A stretch of 64,000 nt of DNA from the human T2T-CHM13v2.0 reference genome, Homo sapiens: NCBI RefSeq assembly GCF_009914755.1, contig NC_060927.1; one strand, written 5' to 3'. Under the pieces are notes generated by a model. The model saw only the letters and a list, made by a program, of their open reading frames with translations, was not told the origin of the DNA and searched no databases. The stretch's first letter is position 1. Each line of letters opens with the position of its first letter. Made by a program: the position numbers and the translations under genes. Below are positions 1 to 64,000 of the stretch, one piece after another.

Positions 1-57
1 AACAACAAATCAGAATCGTGAGGCTTTTTTTTTTATTCTATTTGTGTTTCAGAAACT

Positions 58-182
58 TGTTCCTTCTTTCCCCACCCTCTCTTCTCCCTCTCCCGTACTT
101 CCTTCTCATTTATCCTTCCACCTTTTTTCCTCCTTCATTCTTTGTCTGTCTTCTCCTCTCCCTCTTCCCTGTTTTATTCCCT
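58..182. repeat. CT-rich polypyrimidine low-complexity tract
   Basis: ~125 nt almost entirely C/T. Confidence 0.75.
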
Positions 183-1821
183 TGGGCTGATGATGTATAT
201 TTCTTTTTATATGTTATATTGCCTAATAAAGTGCTGGACATGTTGTAGGTATCCTGCTACCTATTAACTTCAAATATTTTTCTTAATTTTCCTGTGCCAT
301 TCTTATATATCATTTTCTCTAACTTTGTGGAATCATGTACTCTTTCTTCTCTGTTTCTTCAGGCCAACTGGCCTCATGCAACTAGATCTTTACATATCAG
401 AAACTGACATCTTAAAAAGGAGCTTAAGAATAAGAGCTGGCAATAAAATTACAGATTATTCTCAGCTCACAAATGACTTGTTTATGCAGCTAGTCAGAGA
501 AGGGTTTCCCTCTCATAGGACAAGAAACATTCAACTCTTCAGTGACAGTGAATGTCATGATACTCATGATGCAGAATAGGAGGAAGAGGCTGCTTGCTTT
601 AGAATATATTACCTGTGTGACTAAGAGAGGATTCTCTTTTGGGAAGGCACCTGTGACAGATGAGATGTATTTCCAGTGATCTGAGAGTAGTGAGTCATAA
701 ATAGGACAGGTAAATTTCTACTCTAGTTTTTAGCAGCATTGTTAGTTAAATAGAGTTTGGTTAGGGAAGCCTGGAAATCAAATCAGCATTTACAACACAA
801 TGCCATTGTGATTGTTGAATGAGGGAATGAATTTGTCAAACCAATAAACTCCTAAATAAACTTTGTAGGCAACCCTCTTTTAGAATTTGGGACTTGTTTT
901 AGTGGTGTTTGTATGTATTATATGTATGTACATATGTACATCTATATACATATTCATAAATTGTGTACAAAACTAAAAATTATGGAAATTGTAAAGTAGA
1001 AATTTCACCAGAAGTCTACTGATTCGTTTCTGGATGGTAAGTAAACTCTCTTAAAATTTTGTGCCAGATATTATCTGTCCTTTTTCTGGGGAGAGGACAT
1101 AAAAGATACACAGTTACAAAGATTCTTAAAGGGAGGGTAATGGTTCTCAAAAGGTAAGAGCTTCAGCTATAGGATGTATAGATGTATTTCTGTATGTACA
1201 TATATATTTTTTGAGTATCAAACTGTTATGCATTGCCTTAACATTTTATTTATGTCTGGTGTGGAATCTGTGGTAATTAGGACTACTTGATAGAATTATG
1301 GTAATCATTTGTGGTGTGCAATATTGAATACTTTGTCATAATTTTATATCTTAAGCCATTCCTGGTAATATATGGATTTGCCAGGAATTTGATACAATTC
1401 ATAGATAAAACATATCCAGAGATTTGGATGATTTGTCTCTTAACCTAAATTCTTCCTGCAGTTTAAGGAACATTTGAGTATTCCAGTTAGTACCTGAATT
1501 TTATATTTGGCTTTTAATCTGTGTATTTAATACTATAAGAATTTCTGTTTTCCCATCATTTTTATCTTAAATTTAACCAAAAAAGAACTAAAATACATTA
1601 TTTCCCTAGTGTCATTTTCCATGTGATTTGAATGAACTATAAATGCTGTATATTCACATAAAGATTTTGATCTTCAATTACATTTTATCCAAAGTATTCA
1701 AAAGAAAGTTGGGAAGATACGTATTTGTTATCAGGACCAATTTATTTTAAAATTTTATATGTTTTAACTTCATGTATTCATAGACATATAAAGATGAACT
1801 TTCAATAGGCCTCCTTCGATT

Positions 1822-1874
1822 GTATTTTTTTAATACAGTTACCACTCGTATTTTTTTAATACAGTTACAAACTC
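1822..1874. repeat. 26-bp-period tandem duplication
   Basis: gtatttttttaatacagttac repeated exactly at 1822 and 1848. Confidence 0.85.
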
Positions 1875-2003
1875 TTTAATAAAATACAGCTGTGTACTTT
1901 ACTATTTTCTTTAAAATTAGATGTATCGATTGTCTTTACAGTTTGAATTCCAAGACATGAATGAGAAGCTTATCAAAAACTGTAATGTGGTTACATTCTA
2001 AAA

Positions 2004-2225
2004 ATAACAGTTTTATTGAGATGTAATTCACATACCATTAATTCACCCTTTTAAGGTATACATTATATTTGCTTTTCAGTGGTTCAGAAAAAGAATCATT
2101 ATATACGTTAGAGGGAGAGAAACATTATAAAAGTTAACAGTAGGGGAATGTGAGTAGAAAATATGGAAATTTTTAGTGTACGGTTCTTGTAACTTTTCTC
2201 TGTTTGAAATTATTTCAAAATACAT
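2004..2225. mobile_element. Old L1M 3'-end fragments (one minus, one plus)
   Basis: 'cagttttattgagatgtaattcacatacc' and 'cttgtaacttttctctgtttgaaattatttcaaaa' resemble L1MC/L1ME termini. Confidence 0.55.
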
Positions 2226-3396
2226 CTTTTTTTCTTTTTTCCAGCACTAATGGCTTGGGTGAATTAAAATATTTTTTAAATTAAAAAAAGTGTATGGTGT
2301 GGTGGGGGCCTTAATATATTCACAGAGTTGTGTAACTGTCACCACTAATTCCAGAGTGAAATTTTAAGCATAGTTTGTGTTTGTTTTCCTGTTCCTTCCT
2401 TTTCACTTGATATACAAAAGTTGACGTATCTTGACAGAAAAATTTCTTTACAATTTTCTTAAAGTTTTCAAATGTTGAACTAAAAGACCAAGGTATATCA
2501 TAAGTACAAGGAAATAAAGTAGAATTAGGGCGTATAAAATGAAAATTCTTACTTGACAAAAGAAAGTGAACTGCTTTTAACTTTATATATCCTTTGTTGA
2601 AACTTTTGTGTAGAATCCTGGAATAAATCATTAGTCTTATGCAAAACTGTGTCTACTTCTTAAAACTTGAATTGAGGAAGGAAATGCTTTGTACCAAGAT
2701 GGCAAATATTTTATTATAAGAACATTTCTGTTTCTTCCTCTCATACTACTATGTTCATTGTACTGTATCTTCCTCTGAGAGGGTTTAAACTCTTTAGAGA
2801 ACTGCCTTAATTTTTGTATGTATTGGAGCAACATAATCAGTGTTTGCAATGTTTTGATAAAAGTAAATTCTTAATAATAAAATTGTTATAATCTCCCATA
2901 ATTTTCAAGTCAGTTTTCACTGTTGTTAATGATGTATGATATTGTTTTTCCTTTTCTCTTAATTGGAATTTATAAACTCTTACTAAATGCAGATACATCT
3001 GCTCAAAACTTGTCATTTGTTCTTAGGGTCAAAAAATTGGGAAGATTAGTTTGCACTACCATTGTACCTTGCTTTTTATAATGAGTGTACTCTGGGTAAA
3101 AACATGAATCTGAATAAGTACTAAAAAAATGCAGTTGCCTGTAATACAACTGAGGTTTTATCTAATCCCCTGATTCAAAATGACCCAGACAAATGTCTGC
3201 CAAGGGGCAAGGAGAAATGAGACACTTTTTCATTCTTTAGAATGTAGAAAAAATGCTTTATAAAAATGGATTTTTATGTCAATAGGTACAAATCATTTTA
3301 AAATATTTTCTATAAAGTATTATATAAAACAGTGCTAATGAGTCTTAGGATTATACGAAGCATGTTTTCTTATATTGTTTTACTTATTTTCTGTAG

Positions 3397-60415
<57,019 letters not shown>

Positions 60416-61061
60416 GTAGTTGTGTTTATGCTTTATTGTGGGGTTTTTCCTGGTTCTCAGTGAAGGTTTCTTTGCCGCTTATTGTGACTCTAGTGAATCC
60501 TTTCAGTAATATTACTGTAGTTTATGGTTTCTCACACTGATACATACGTACTAAGAATGAAAAAATATTTGACAGTAACCCCATGTATATTATGTTTTTC
60601 TCACATTAAATTTCTTGAGTTTCTGAAAATGGTGTTCCTTCAGTGTGCTCTGTTTTCTAAAAATCCATAGTAATCCATACTGTTATTTATCAAAGAACAA
60701 CAGCTAAACCTCTTAGAACATGGGAGTTTCTTTAACTCTCAGAGGCAAAATTAGCAAGATTCCATATCGAATAAATGAGACTATTTCTGTCCTTTGCTGG
60801 GAAATATCAGCCAAAAATTCCCACAGTTATACCGTAGATTGTGATCCCTATACAGTTGTCAAATTCATCCTAGGCTCTTAGCTAAGCTAACCCCAAGGTG
60901 GATGACTTAATAATTTGCCTTGTGAGAAGACTCTGTTGCCTTTACAAGTGGGCTATTTGTGTAAATGAAGCCATCTTCCTACAGTGTGATTTGAGAGCTG
61001 CAGAGAGGCAAAGCTTATCCTTCAGTAGACTGACACAGTCCTTTAAATAAACTACTTTTGA

Positions 61062-61447
<386 letters not shown>

Positions 61448-62462
61448 TTAGTATCTAGATGACAGATCACATCTATATAGTAGAATCCCTTCTGTCCAAA
61501 ATGATCAGGATCCAGAGATGTTCACTTAACCAAACCAAAAGGTTGGTTAAAGTGAGAATCATTTTAAAATAAACAAAAAGATGCATATAGATCTTAATTT
61601 ATGTATTTGTTTACCAGCATTTTGGTAGAGAACCAAGATTATTTCTTTGACTATGGACCTATAGATCAGATTTCCTGTCTTTCTTGTGTAAATATACCCA
61701 TAATGCATCAGTTTTCAGGATGATTTCTCCAAAGTAAATCTAGAACTTAGATACTTGAAAAGTAATTCAAGCACAAAATCCTCTTAGATTTTCAGGATAG
61801 TTACATTAGTCTTTTACAGCTGTCTTACCTCCACATAAATCAGCCTTATTTGTGGAGGTATGCGTCTCCTTTTTAGAGGCTTTTCAAAGCATTTACCTGA
61901 TTTTCAAATAAGTAATAAACCTCTTGGTAGTGGGCACTTAGTTTGTCTCTTTACATAAAGTAAATTATAATTACAACATAGAAAACTAGCATAAATAAGT
62001 TTAGCAACAAACCCAATGGATATAGTAAGCAAAACAGCCTAACCGATGGAAGTAGAAGGGCGCAGGCTTAACAGAGTACCTGAGCAACCACAAGCGTGTA
62101 GCACCCCGTGAGCAACATTCAGTATGTTTTACAGAGGAAATGGAGAGTCTGTTAATCTATCAAATCTGTTAGGTAAAGATCTGTTAAGAGAGCTTCTGCT
62201 GTAAATTCTGGAATAATACATCAGACATAGGGTGCTTTAAAGAGGATATAACACAGTTAAGTAGAGTGCTTCAGTGGAGACTCTTGAATAGTAGAGTGAT
62301 AAGAAAAAATTTTTATTTCATAATTCTTCCTTAGGAATGGCTTAACCAGAATGACTACATGTGTCCCAGTATATTAGAAAGATATAAGAAACCAAATGCA
62401 TTATACTTTTGGGTATATTACTCAGATAATTTGTTACAACATTTACATACTCAAATAACTAA

Positions 62463-62801
<339 letters not shown>

Positions 62802-63039
62802 CAGATAGCATTTTTTAAGCTAAGCATATTTTGAATGTTTTAGAAATTATAACTTACTGAATACTATATAAATGTTCTCACCTATGCATAGCACTGGGTG
62901 CTAATTATGTTTACATTAATAGTACATTTAAATAAAAGTTAAGGTAAATTAGTCATTCTCTGTGAATAAATGAGTTCTTTTTTCTTCATTTAAAGCATTT
63001 TCTAATCTAAACCAATATTCTGAAGTATTTTTCGGTTTA

Positions 63040-63219
63040 TAATCTTCTTTAAGAATTAGATAGCTATGGACCCCTTTGTCTAGAAAACTGTACCTACAAA
63101 CATAGACAAAAAATTTTGCATTTAACTTCAGGGAGTTCATAGACACAAAATTTTGCATATAATATCAGGGAGTTCATAGACCTAAAGTTCATCTGTGATT
63201 CTCAAGTTAAGAACCTCTG
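63040..63219. mobile_element. Charlie-family (Charlie4z-like) hAT remnant with an internal 37-bp tandem duplication
   Basis: aaattttgcat..aa..tcagggagttcatagac repeated at 63101-63137 and 63138-63174; end gttaagaacctctg. Confidence 0.6.
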
Positions 63220-63223
63220 TTCT

Positions 63224-63613
<390 letters not shown>

Positions 63614-64000
63614 CTATGTTGTTGTTAAGCATTAAGAAGTTTAAAATTTTGGAATGACATTGGAGGAATGAGATATGAAGTTTCAAGCTTATTTACCAAA
63701 GCCTGCAGTTTTAAGCTTCCATGCTTTTTGTTTTAACTATTTTGATGGATTTTTCCAAAATATATTACATGCTTCCCTGCCTTCTAAAAAAGAGTTCATT
63801 GAACGTAAGTTAACATCTTCTAGATGACTTGGGGCTACCATTGATAATATTAATTGTTATATGGATTCTGATTTAGTGATATTTTCAGGGCTGCTTAAAG
63901 GTGTGTGCAACTGTTTACTCCAGCTAAATGCATTTACTCCGCAGCTAAATGCCTTGGACTGCTGTGCTTTTTGTGTTCCTATGTTCGCTTTATACAGTTT

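Noticed and set aside
18-248. 76-aa F/L/P-rich ORF resembling a membrane micropeptide
   Set aside because: Translation of the CT-rich tract with a GTG start; compositional artefact.
244-258. tag|GTATCCTG resembling a U12 donor
   Set aside because: Not the full GTATCCTT consensus and no supported exon upstream; all 16 real donors are U2-type.

Overview
AT-rich, repeat-dense primate (human-like) genomic DNA lying entirely within one plus-strand gene, RASA2 (GAP1m, Ras p21 protein activator 2, GAP1 family). I traced 16 consecutive GT-AG coding exons (about exons 4-19, numbering recalled from the human gene). They total 1578 nt and splice into one open frame: end of C2A, C2B, the whole RasGAP domain (arginine finger IFRGNS, FLR motif) and the start of the PH domain. 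The 5' and 3' ends of the gene are outside the window. The rest is intron, containing about 20 Alus (plus FLAM and FAM monomers), L1/L2/MIR remnants, four MaLR LTRs, several DNA transposons and microsatellites. Repeat subfamily names were assigned by eye and need RepeatMasker confirmation. Most of the supplied ORFs are Alu, L1 or simple-repeat artefacts. I found no convincing new biological system. The best leads are (i) unusual splice-signal architecture, notably in intron 18, where a perfect decoy donor and a cryptic acceptor both lead to a stop just before the PH domain; (ii) a sense THE1 LTR between the C2 and GAP exons; (iii) a tightly spaced inverted Alu triplet; and (iv) several odd retrotransposition scars.
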